From a virus (lineage: Duplodnaviria; Caudoviricetes), in IMG/VR virus record IMGVR_UViG_3300028588_000083, positions 1 through 24,142 of that record: a stretch of 24,142 nt of DNA; one strand, given 5' to 3'. Within the stretch, counting starts at the first letter, position 1. Every line of letters starts with the position of its first letter. The position numbers and the translations under genes were made by a program. Positions 7,747 through 17,000 of this stretch are shown piece after piece. The notes under the pieces are model-generated. The model ran no database searches. It worked only from the letters and a program-made list of their open reading frames with translations, and was not told where the DNA came from.

Positions 7747-8090
7747 GTAACCGGCAGGTGGAAGAAATGGACTTCGGGTTCTTCTTCTGCCGGGTGATGA
7801 GTTATTACGCACTGGGGTTTGACGCCGTTCGACGTCTGCCCCTTAAAACGTTCTGGGCCATGGACCGGAACATCGACCGAATCGAAGCCAGAAGCGACCA
7901 GCGTCGCCTATCGGTAGCGATGATGTCGCAGGCGACTGTCGAAGGCATCACGACATTCCGGCAAAGTTTGGTGCTGGAAGCCGGCACGATCGTACGCATG
8001 GATGACGAGGTCAACCCGATGCAGGCGCAGCGTGACGAAGCAGGGTTCGCCGAACTCAAGAGGATGGCGGGCCAGAAGATTGGTCAGTAA
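7743..8090 (+). CDS. C-terminal (gpT-like) part of the G-T fusion chaperone (fusion 7429..8090, ~220 aa)
   Basis: The -1 frame continuation. The YYALGFDAVRRLPLKTFW pattern is typical of gpT segments. Confidence 0.8.
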   Translation, partial: VSNRQVEEMDFGFFFCRVMSYYALGFDAVRRLPLKTFWAMDRNIDRIEARSDQRRLSVAMMSQATVEGITTFRQSLVLEAGTIVRMDDEVNPMQAQRDEAGFAELKRMAGQKIGQ

Positions 8091-8105
8091 CTTTTGAGGT
8101 ATTAG

Positions 8106-11100
8106 ATGGCGATCGGTAAGGAAATCAAGGTAGTTCTCTCGCTGGACGATAACGGGTTCAGCGTCAATGTTCGCAAGGCCGGCGACAACGTCAAAGGTCT
8201 GGGCGGGCAACTCAAAGGTCTTACCGGCGCCACCGAAAAGGTCGAAGCGGGCATGGCGGGCGTGTCCCGTTCCATGTCCAGCTTCGCTGACGGTTTTGCC
8301 GCTGCCAACCGGTCGATTTCGTCCACCGTGGACGGATTGCAAAAGAACGTTCTGGGCGGACTGAATAAGGTCAGCAAGGGTATGCGCGATGCCGCGACCC
8401 AGGCTAAGGCCGCGGCAACCCAGCAAGTCGATGCGCGCCTGCAGGTGCTGCAAAACGAAGTATCCACGAACAAAAAGCTGCTCGATTCGCGCGCCAAGTC
8501 GTATGCCGACCTGCGCAAGCTGGAGTCGACCATGCGCGCTCAGGCGATGGCCGCCGAACTGGCCGCAGAAAAGGCCCGTCGCAGCAAGAAGGCCGGCGCC
8601 GGCAGCATCGTTGCCGATAATCAGAAAGAGGCGAACCGCATCAACGCCAACGCCGACGCGGTACGTCGCGAAGCCAATGCGCTTGAAACCTGGATTGAGC
8701 GTCAAAACCGCGTGCAAAGCGCACGCGCAAGCTCGATTGCGGCGCTGGAAAACGAACGCAAGGCAGTGCTGGCGAATGTCGACGCCAAGATGAAAATGAA
8801 CGCGGTGGCCGCCGCCGTGGGCAAGAGCAACGACAAGACCGTTGCCGACCTCAAGGCTCGGGCCGCAGAGCGCGAAGCCGCCGCCACGAAAGACGCTGCG
8901 CGCGCCGCTGCAGAATTCGCACGCCAGAAAAAAGCCTATACCGAACAGGAAGTGCGTGACGCCCGCGCCGCCGAAGCCGAGAAGACCCGCGCCGCCCGTG
9001 CTGCCGAGGCAGAACGTCTGCGCGCCGCCCGAGAAGCCGCGGCCGAGCGCCGTCGTATCGCGCGTCAGGAACTGGAAGAGCAGCGCGCCCAGGCGAAGAT
9101 GGTTGCCGACATGTGGCGAGGCATGGCCCAGATGTATGCCGGCGCCAAGATTGAGCGAGGCATCGGCAATTCCGTGGTTTCGGCAGACGACGACCAGCGC
9201 GCGCGCATCATGGTCGAAGGCTTGAATCTGCCCAAGGCCGAGCAGGACCGTCTTTTTGCCGATTCGCAAAAAATCAGCGACCAGCTGAAATTCATTTCGA
9301 CCAAGGATGTCATCAAGTCCAAGATGTCGGCAATTTCTTCGCTGGGCTACAACCACGAAAGCGTGATCGACGAAACGCTGTCGACCTTCATCAAGGCGGC
9401 GAACAACATGGAAATGCTGGGCGTCGGTCATGGCGATACCCAGTCTACCCTGCGTAACGTGTACGGCGTGACCGAAATGCGCCAGCAGACCGCCAATCCG
9501 CAGGCGATGATCAAGACCGCCGACCTGCTGAACAAGGCATTCATCGGCACCGCCGGCAAGGTTACGCTGGCTGACGTTGAGAACGCGCTGCGCCGTATCG
9601 GCACCGGCGCCAACACCCTGTCCGACGAGGGTCTGGTCAACGTGATCGGCCTGATTGACCAATTCAAGGTTTCGGGCGGCGACGGCGGCTCTGGCGGTGG
9701 CGTGTCCACCGTCGGCACGATCATCAAGATGGTGCAGGCGTACGCGACCGGCAAGAACAAGTCGAACAAGGCGGTGCAGCAATTCGTGGGCGCGGGCATT
9801 CTGGACGACGAAGGTCTGGACCTGACGAAAGACGATGCGCACGTGTTGAAAGATGCCAAAAACGGCAACTTCAAGAACGTCGAGAAGTGGATCAAGGACC
9901 CGATCGGCGCCATTCAGGACATGGTGCCGCAGATCGTCGCCTACACCCGCAAGCACAAGAAAGAGTTTTACCAGAACGGCGCCGACGATAGCGTCACCGC
10001 CAATCAGATGCTGGCCGTGCAGCAGTACTTGCAGCGCCTGGGAATTACCCAGTCCGCGGTGCAAGCAGTTACCGCCGTCGGCACCCCGGCCGCGCGCGAG
10101 CGTCTGGAGCATCAATCGGTCACGATCAACAAGTCTGACACCGTTGACCAGACGGCGGAACGCCTCAGCAAGAGCTACGCCGGCAACATGCAGCGCTTCA
10201 CCGAGCAGATGACCAACTTTAAGGTCGTCATTGGCGACACGCTGCTGCCGGCCCTGACCAAGCTGCTGGAGTTCGGCAGCCGCGTCGTCATCATGTTCCG
10301 CGACTTCGGCCAGAACAACCCGGCAGCGGCCTCGCTTAGCGTCATTGGTGCGGCCGTGGGCGGCGTTGTGCTCTCGCTCAAGGGCTTCATGTCGATGTTC
10401 GGCAGCGTGGGCCTGATGGGCGTGCTGCGCTCCCTGATGGGCATTGCGCCGGCGGCAGCTGGCAGTGTGAGCGTGTTTGCGACGGCGCTGGGGTTCGCAG
10501 GCAAGGCGCTCAAGACCATTGGCCTGGCCATTATCGCCTACGACGTTGGCACGATACTTGGCAACTGGATCGACTCGTTCGATGCATTCGGACTCATGAC
10601 GACCACGATTGGCGACAAGCTCGACAACAACGTCGCACGCATGATCTATGCATGGAAGCAGCTGCAAGTCGGCGGCGAGCGTGCGATCGCCTGGGCGCGC
10701 AACCTCGTGGGCATGGACAGCGACGAGCAGTATGCCAAGAAGACCGCAGAACTGGACGCGCGTTCGACCACGAACGGTCGTCGCCTCGACTCGACCCTGA
10801 TCACGGCAGAAAGCAAGGCGCGCCAGCCGGTCAAGCTGACCAAGGAAAAGCACAAAGAATCCAAGGTGGCTGAACCAAACGAGCCGCTGAACGAAGCCTT
10901 GGAAGGCCGCGTGAAAAACGCAAGCAAGGCCGGTAGCAAGCGCCCCGACCGCGATCCGCTGAACAAGACGCTCAGCGAGGAACTGGGTCGCATGAACTCG
11001 GCCAAGATCAAGCTCGATGCACTGGTGTCGGGAGGCGAAACCCTGGAGTCGCTGCGCAAGCAGGCTGAAGCGCTGGTGCGTGGCAAGCTGGAAGCGGACG

Positions 11101-12659
11101 ATCTGTCGGTCAACCACGACAAGAAAAATCGCCCTGACTGGAACGACGCCAAGGTGCAAAAGCTGGTCGACGCCACCGAAGCGACGATGCTGTACAACGA
11201 GCAGCTGAAGGCTGTTGAATACGCCAATGAACGGGTCGCCGCCACCGCGGTGGAAGCCGACGTGGCGATGAACGAATTCGAAGCTGGTGGTGTCGCCAAG
11301 CAGACTGACGGTTTCAAGTCATTGACGAAAGAAATGGCGCGCACCGAAGAGCGTCTGGGCGTCGGGGCGACCAAATTCACCGCTTGGGCTGCAGCGCGTG
11401 ACAACGCCCTGTTCAACCAGGCCCGTACGGATTCGACCAGCTTCGCCGCCAAGTATCTCAAGCAGAACGAAGGTGACAAGGCCGATCTGCTGCCGACCGA
11501 GCGCGCCCGGAATGAAGCGCGTCTGGCCGCGGCTGCAAAGGTCGAGGACGACGAGTACAACATGCGCGTCAAGAACCTGGCACGCCAGTACGCCGCGCGC
11601 CGGGATTCCGCCCTGGCGCAATCGGTTGAAAATGGCGACACGCTGCGCGAAACCAACGAAAAAATGTTGGCGATCGACGAACTGTATCAGCGTGAAAAAG
11701 CCAAGATCGAAGACACCTATGGCGAACGTCGCAAGATTCGTGCTGAGCAGGAAGCGCGCGAACTGGAGTCGGCCACCGCCAAGATGGCGCGCGAATGGCA
11801 AGACGTCGGCAAGGCAGTTGACGACATCGGCGGCAAGGCTGGCGAGGGCTTCGTCAACATGCTCACCAGCACCCTCGGCACCGGGCGCCTGGCGGTGGGT
11901 GACTTCGTCAAGGGCACGCTGCAAGACATCGCCAACGTCAAGCTGAAACAAGCCCTGGCCGACCCGCTCAACGGCGCGATCACGCAAGGCACCGACTGGC
12001 TCAAGACCAACGTGTTCGGCATGCAGAAGCAGACCGCGGACACGACCGCCGCCAGCGCCGCAACCGCGCGCGCAACTGCTGACACGACCGCAACGACCGC
12101 GACCAACACGATGGCCGGCACCATCATGAGCCAGGTAATCCCGGCCCTGCAGCTGATGGCGGCCAAGCTCACCGGCGGCAGCGGCGGCGGTCTGGGTAGT
12201 ATCGGCAGCCTGTTCGGCTTCGGCGGTGGTGCAACGGGTAGCGCCGGCGCCACGCTCACCGCCGGCGACTTCGCGGCGCAGGCAACGCCATCGCTGCCGT
12301 TCCTGTCGGCGTTTGCCGATGGCGGCATCATGACCAGCATGGGTCCGCTGCAGCTGCGCAAGTATGCCAATGGTGGCATCGCCAACAGCCCGCAGCTGGC
12401 CATGTACGGCGAAGCCGGCCCCGAAGCCTACGTCCCGCTGCCGGACGGTCGTTCGATCCCGGTCACAATGCGCGGCGGCGCCCAGCAAGGCGCCAATGTT
12501 CAAGTCAACGTCATCAACCAGACGTCGACGCCGGTCAACGCCCAGCAAGGCGCGGCACGCTTCGATGGCAAGCAGATGATTCTCGATGTGGTGCTGTCGG
12601 CCGCATCCCAGCCCGGGTCGTTCCGCTCGGGCATGAAAGACGCGATGAAAGGCGGCTAA
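8106..12659 (+). CDS. Tail tape measure protein, 1517 aa
   Basis: Long Ala-rich helical protein after G/T. N-terminal IKVVLSLDD..F, central hydrophobic stretch, C-terminal FADGGI...GEAGPEAYVPL motif. GAGGT RBS. Confidence 0.93.
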   Translation: MAIGKEIKVVLSLDDNGFSVNVRKAGDNVKGLGGQLKGLTGATEKVEAGMAGVSRSMSSFADGFAAANRSISSTVDGLQKNVLGGLNKVSKGMRDAATQAKAAATQQVDARLQVLQNEVSTNKKLLDSRAKSYADLRKLESTMRAQAMAAELAAEKARRSKKAGAGSIVADNQKEANRINANADAVRREANALETWIERQNRVQSARASSIAALENERKAVLANVDAKMKMNAVAAAVGKSNDKTVADLKARAAEREAAATKDAARAAAEFARQKKAYTEQEVRDARAAEAEKTRAARAAEAERLRAAREAAAERRRIARQELEEQRAQAKMVADMWRGMAQMYAGAKIERGIGNSVVSADDDQRARIMVEGLNLPKAEQDRLFADSQKISDQLKFISTKDVIKSKMSAISSLGYNHESVIDETLSTFIKAANNMEMLGVGHGDTQSTLRNVYGVTEMRQQTANPQAMIKTADLLNKAFIGTAGKVTLADVENALRRIGTGANTLSDEGLVNVIGLIDQFKVSGGDGGSGGGVSTVGTIIKMVQAYATGKNKSNKAVQQFVGAGILDDEGLDLTKDDAHVLKDAKNGNFKNVEKWIKDPIGAIQDMVPQIVAYTRKHKKEFYQNGADDSVTANQMLAVQQYLQRLGITQSAVQAVTAVGTPAARERLEHQSVTINKSDTVDQTAERLSKSYAGNMQRFTEQMTNFKVVIGDTLLPALTKLLEFGSRVVIMFRDFGQNNPAAASLSVIGAAVGGVVLSLKGFMSMFGSVGLMGVLRSLMGIAPAAAGSVSVFATALGFAGKALKTIGLAIIAYDVGTILGNWIDSFDAFGLMTTTIGDKLDNNVARMIYAWKQLQVGGERAIAWARNLVGMDSDEQYAKKTAELDARSTTNGRRLDSTLITAESKARQPVKLTKEKHKESKVAEPNEPLNEALEGRVKNASKAGSKRPDRDPLNKTLSEELGRMNSAKIKLDALVSGGETLESLRKQAEALVRGKLEADDLSVNHDKKNRPDWNDAKVQKLVDATEATMLYNEQLKAVEYANERVAATAVEADVAMNEFEAGGVAKQTDGFKSLTKEMARTEERLGVGATKFTAWAAARDNALFNQARTDSTSFAAKYLKQNEGDKADLLPTERARNEARLAAAAKVEDDEYNMRVKNLARQYAARRDSALAQSVENGDTLRETNEKMLAIDELYQREKAKIEDTYGERRKIRAEQEARELESATAKMAREWQDVGKAVDDIGGKAGEGFVNMLTSTLGTGRLAVGDFVKGTLQDIANVKLKQALADPLNGAITQGTDWLKTNVFGMQKQTADTTAASAATARATADTTATTATNTMAGTIMSQVIPALQLMAAKLTGGSGGGLGSIGSLFGFGGGATGSAGATLTAGDFAAQATPSLPFLSAFADGGIMTSMGPLQLRKYANGGIANSPQLAMYGEAGPEAYVPLPDGRSIPVTMRGGAQQGANVQVNVINQTSTPVNAQQGAARFDGKQMILDVVLSAASQPGSFRSGMKDAMKGG

Positions 12660-12660
12660 A

Positions 12661-13032
12661 ATGGCAAATCCGGTATTCCCCACCCTGGCGCTGACGAACG
12701 GCGGCCAGGACTCCACCAAATTCGGCATCAAGACCGAAGATGTGGCCATCAAGAGTGAGCTTGAAGGCGGGTACGTCGCTTCGCGTGCACGCCATACCCG
12801 CAAGCCGCGCAAAACCTTTTCGACCGGCTTCAAGGCGATTTCGGATGCCGATCGCAAGACCCTGGAGGCGTTTTACGAGCGCGTCGGCGGGGCCAGCGTG
12901 ATCTTCGACTGGACCGACCCGGTTGACGGAAAGGTCTGGCAGGTTCGCTTCGAAGGTGAATTTTCCTTCAACTATGTCGGCATCGGCATCACCAAGCTGT
13001 GGGACGTCAGCTTTCAACTCCAGCAGGCATGA
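12661..13032 (+). CDS. Distal tail protein (lambda gpM-like), 123 aa
   Basis: Directly after TMP. E.GY..SR.R, LEAFY...GG...FDWTDP...VRF and terminal F.L.Q pattern. Confidence 0.8.
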   Translation: MANPVFPTLALTNGGQDSTKFGIKTEDVAIKSELEGGYVASRARHTRKPRKTFSTGFKAISDADRKTLEAFYERVGGASVIFDWTDPVDGKVWQVRFEGEFSFNYVGIGITKLWDVSFQLQQA

Positions 13033-13062
13033 TTGATAAGTCAGCGGTGACTAACGTATAAT
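13033..13062 (+). promoter_or_regulatory. Palindromic box 4 (TAAGTCAGCGGTGACTAA, 13037-13054) inside a near-consensus sigma70 promoter
   Basis: TTGATA 13033-13038, 18-nt spacer, TATAAT 13057-13062. ATG at 13069. Confidence 0.8.
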
Positions 13063-13068
13063 CGCCGC

Positions 13069-13701
13069 ATGACTACCTCTCTTTCCGTCGCCAGCATCAT
13101 CGAGAAGAACCGGCTTTCTTCCGAAGTTCCCTGGCTGATTCTGCTCGATATCGACGTGATCGATCCGGCAACGCTCACCAGCGTGGAGAAAATCCATCTG
13201 GTGCGCAATGCCGAGGACATTACCTACAACGGCAACGCCTACGTCGCCGCGGCATTTGACATCAGTCTCAAGTCCGAAGCCGGCGCGCAATCGGAAATCT
13301 CGCTGTCGATCAATGACTATTCGCTGGCAGTACAGAAGAAAATGCAGGATTACGGCGGCGGGGTTGGTTTCGCCGTATCGGTGCTGGTTGTCAACGCCGG
13401 CAATTTGCAGCAAAGCCCGGAAGTGATCGAATTCTTTCAGGTGACGGCAGCAGAAACGGCCAACTACGTCTGCACGTTCACGCTGGGCGCCGAAAACAAC
13501 ATCACCAAAGCCTTCCCACGCCGGCGCCAGACCAAGGATTACTGCCAGTGGCGCTACAAGGGTGCCGAATGCGGCTATACCGGTGCGATGCCAAGCTGCG
13601 ACCTGTCGCTGAAAGGCCCGAATGGCTGCGCCGCCCACCAGAACGTTGTGCACTTCGGCGCCTACCCCGGCATCAACTCGCGTGACACGCGCTATGGGTG
13701 A
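13069..13701 (+). CDS. Tail tip protein (lambda gpL-like) with C-terminal 4-Cys Fe-S motif, 210 aa
   Basis: CQWRYKGAECGY...SCDLSLKGPNGC...FGAYPG matches the gpL C-terminal cysteine cluster. Synteny fits. Confidence 0.85.
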   Translation: MTTSLSVASIIEKNRLSSEVPWLILLDIDVIDPATLTSVEKIHLVRNAEDITYNGNAYVAAAFDISLKSEAGAQSEISLSINDYSLAVQKKMQDYGGGVGFAVSVLVVNAGNLQQSPEVIEFFQVTAAETANYVCTFTLGAENNITKAFPRRRQTKDYCQWRYKGAECGYTGAMPSCDLSLKGPNGCAAHQNVVHFGAYPGINSRDTRYG

Positions 13702-14077
13702 CTTTCACGACCTGGTCGGCGTGCCGTTTCAATACGGTGGCCGCGGTCCCGATGCCCTCGACTGCTACGGCTTGGTGATGGAGTGCGCACGCCGCGAAGG
13801 TATCGATCTGCCCGACTTCGGCTGCGCCACCGACCAGCCGACCATCATGGCCATGATGACCGCCAGCCTGCCGCAGTGGCGTCAGATCGAAAAGCGTCAC
13901 GGCGCCATTGCTTTTATTCGCGTTGGCCGGTATGCCGCGCACGTGGGCTATGTGTTCGGCTCGCACTTCATGATTCACGCCTGGGAAGACTCGGGCGGCG
14001 TGTCGATCGTCCGCCTTTCGGACTGGGAACACCGCATCTTAGGATATTTCGAATATGTCGGACAAAAAGCAGCGTAA
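13694..14077 (+). CDS. NlpC/P60-family tail tip assembly protein (gpK-like), ~127 aa
   Basis: LVGVPFQYGGRG...DCYGLV...HVGY...MIHA gives the Cys-His-His catalytic pattern. Start moved to ATG 13694, which overlaps the gpL stop. Confidence 0.85.
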   Translation: MGDFHDLVGVPFQYGGRGPDALDCYGLVMECARREGIDLPDFGCATDQPTIMAMMTASLPQWRQIEKRHGAIAFIRVGRYAAHVGYVFGSHFMIHAWEDSGGVSIVRLSDWEHRILGYFEYVGQKAA

Positions 14078-17000
14078 AGCCAAGCGTCACCTGATCCCGG
14101 TCATTCGGATTTTGAATCCATTCGACCCGCGCCAGCAGGAGCGCACCGAACTGGTATGGGGCGGCAAGAAGACCCTGGCCGATTACTTCCCGCTGACGGA
14201 AAAAGACCCGATCGTCCTGTCGGTATCGGGCCGCATCGTGCAGCGCGAAGACTTCGCCCGCACCTACTTGGGCAAGACCGACAATATCGTTCTTTGCCCG
14301 ATCCCCGCCGGCGGCGGTGGCGGCAAGAGTATTCTCGCCATGGTCGCCATGATCGCCGTCGCTGTCGCTGCACCGTATCTGGCGGCCGGTCTGAATGGCG
14401 CATTCGGCATGGCCACAGTAACTGCAGCAGGCGCCTTGACCACAACCGGCATGATGGTATCGGCCGGTTTTGCCGTCGCCGGTTCGCTGCTGGTCAATAC
14501 CATCTTCGCCCCTTCCGTGCCGACCAACACGGCGCAAGACGTCAAGTCGTCGTACGGCATCGACGGCGCCAAGAACACATCGGTCGAAGGCATTCCAGTG
14601 CCGGTCTGCTATGGGAAATTCCGTACCGCCGGCAATATCCTGGGGCTGTACACGACCACCGATGGCGACGACAACCAGACCCTGTTCATGCTCATTTCGG
14701 CAGGCGAAGGTCCGGTCGCGTCGATCACCGACATCGAAATCAACGACAATCCGATCACGGACTACCATGACGTCGAAGTCCAGACCCGCCTGGGCTTGGC
14801 CAACCAGACTGTCGTGCCGTGGTTTAACGATACCGTCACTGCCATCAACAAGGGCCAGAAGCTGACGACGGACTGGTTCTACTCGACCACGACCAAGCCG
14901 GTGGACAAGCTGCGTCTGGACTTTACCGCGCCCTCTGGCCTGGGTGAAATCGACACCAAGAGCGGTGGCACGAAATCGCACTCGGTCGATATCGACATCG
15001 AATACCGCAAGGTTGGCGAATCGGTCTGGGCAAGTCTCCCGGTCGCCACCGACATCATCGCATGGGAAACCGCTACCCGCACGGTCGACGGCAACTGGAG
15101 CGGCTTCGGCGGCATGATTGAAGACGTTGCCACGCGCGCGTACCTCAACGGCACCGGACCGACCATCGACAACGGTGACGGCACCTATTCGGCGCGCTAT
15201 CCAGTATATTCTGGCGGCGTGCGCATCACTGGTGAAAAGCGCAGCGCCGTGCGCCGCTCCTACACCACTGACAAGCTCGATAACGTCAATTATGAAATTC
15301 GGGTTCGTCGCGTCGGCGCCAAGTCCACTAAGGACAACATCATCGACGAAATCTACCTGGCGGACGTGAATGAAATCACGCTGGAAGACATGTCGTATCC
15401 GAACACGGCGCTGATCGCTCTCAAGGTCAAGATGACCGACCAGCTTTCTGGCGTACCGAACGTCACCTTCCTCAATGGCGGCAAGATCGTCAGCGTCTAC
15501 GACGGCAGCAACTGGGGCGTCGATGCATCGAGCAATCCGGCCTGGATCGTCTGGGACATTCTGACCAATCAACGCTACGGCGGCGGCATGCCCACTGCCC
15601 GCCTGGACCTGGTGGATTTTCACGAGTTCGCCCAATACTGCGAACTGGCAGACCTGACCTGGAATGGTCCGATCGAAACCGAGACGAACGTCTGGGATGC
15701 CTGCCAGATGGTGCTGCGCGTCGGTCATAGCCAGCTGGTGCCGTCCGGTACGCGCTACAGCGTCATCACCGAAAAGCCGTCCGCGCCGGTCATGATGTTC
15801 TCGGTGGCGAACATGATCCAGAACTCGTACAAGGAAACCTGGCTCGGCACCGCCGACCGTGCCAACGAAGTCGACATCACCTTCTTCGACCGGACCGACA
15901 AGTACAAGCAGCGCACCATCAAGGTCTACGACCCCGCGGCATTGGCCGCCGGTGCGCCGCAGCGCAACAGCGCCGTCACGTTGTATGGCGTGGTCGACTA
16001 CGAAAAGGCCTACCGTGAAGCGCAATTCCAGCTGAACCTGAACCGTTTCATCCTCAAGACCATCACCTTCGGCGCGCCGCTGGAGGCGATCGCCTGCCGC
16101 GTGGGCGATCTGATTCTGGTACAGACCGACTTGACCGACTGGGCGCAAGCCGGTCGCTTCAACAGCGGGTCCACCACGTCGATCATGCAGCTTGACCGCC
16201 CTGTCACGATGGCGACCGGGAAGACCTACAGCCTGCTGATTCAGCGTGATGCCGTGCGTCGTTCGACCGGTACTGTCACGCGCGTCATCGGTAACAGCAT
16301 CAGCCTGCAAGGCGTCGATCCGAACAGCCTGAGCGTCAAGCGTATGCAGGTAGCGGGACGCGACGTCGGTATCGACGCCACGTTCGCCGGCGGCGTCATC
16401 GTCCAGGACTCGACCGGCATCGCCCCGGGCCAGGAATATTCGCTGTGGGATACCGATGTGATCGAAGAACATGCGGTCGTGGCCACCGCCGGCACCAGCG
16501 AAACGGTCAAGCTGCAGATGCCGCTGAGCGACGTACCGCCGCAGTTCTCCAACTGGATGTTTGGCGAAGCGCAGAAGGTCAAAAAGCCCTTCCGCATCAA
16601 GTCGATCACCGGGGATACCGAATACCGTCGTGACATCACCGCCATCGAATACCGCGAAGAAGTCTACGACTACACGCGTTATGGCAGCAACACGCCGGTC
16701 GTGACCAACCCGAACACGCCGATCGGACCTGTCGGCAGCCTGGCTGTGTACGAAGAGACCTACATCGCTGGCGAAAGCATCGCCACCAGCGTCGTCGCCT
16801 CCTGGGCGCCATCGGTGGTTGGCCTGTACGCCGGCGCGGACGTGTACGTCGAAAAGAACGGTGCGCCCGCCGAGAAGATCAGCGAAGTCAAGAACCGCAC
16901 CAGCGCCGTAATTCAAGCCACGCGCGGCGACGTACTCAAGGTGCGCATCGTGGCGTTCGACATCTTCGGCAAACGCAGCCAGTACGAAAGCGCACCTGTC

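Noticed and set aside
7741-8092. Partial box-like strings AAGTAACCGG (7745) and GGTCAGTAACT (8082)
   Set aside because: No matching second arm. The first is explained by the frameshift/stop region.
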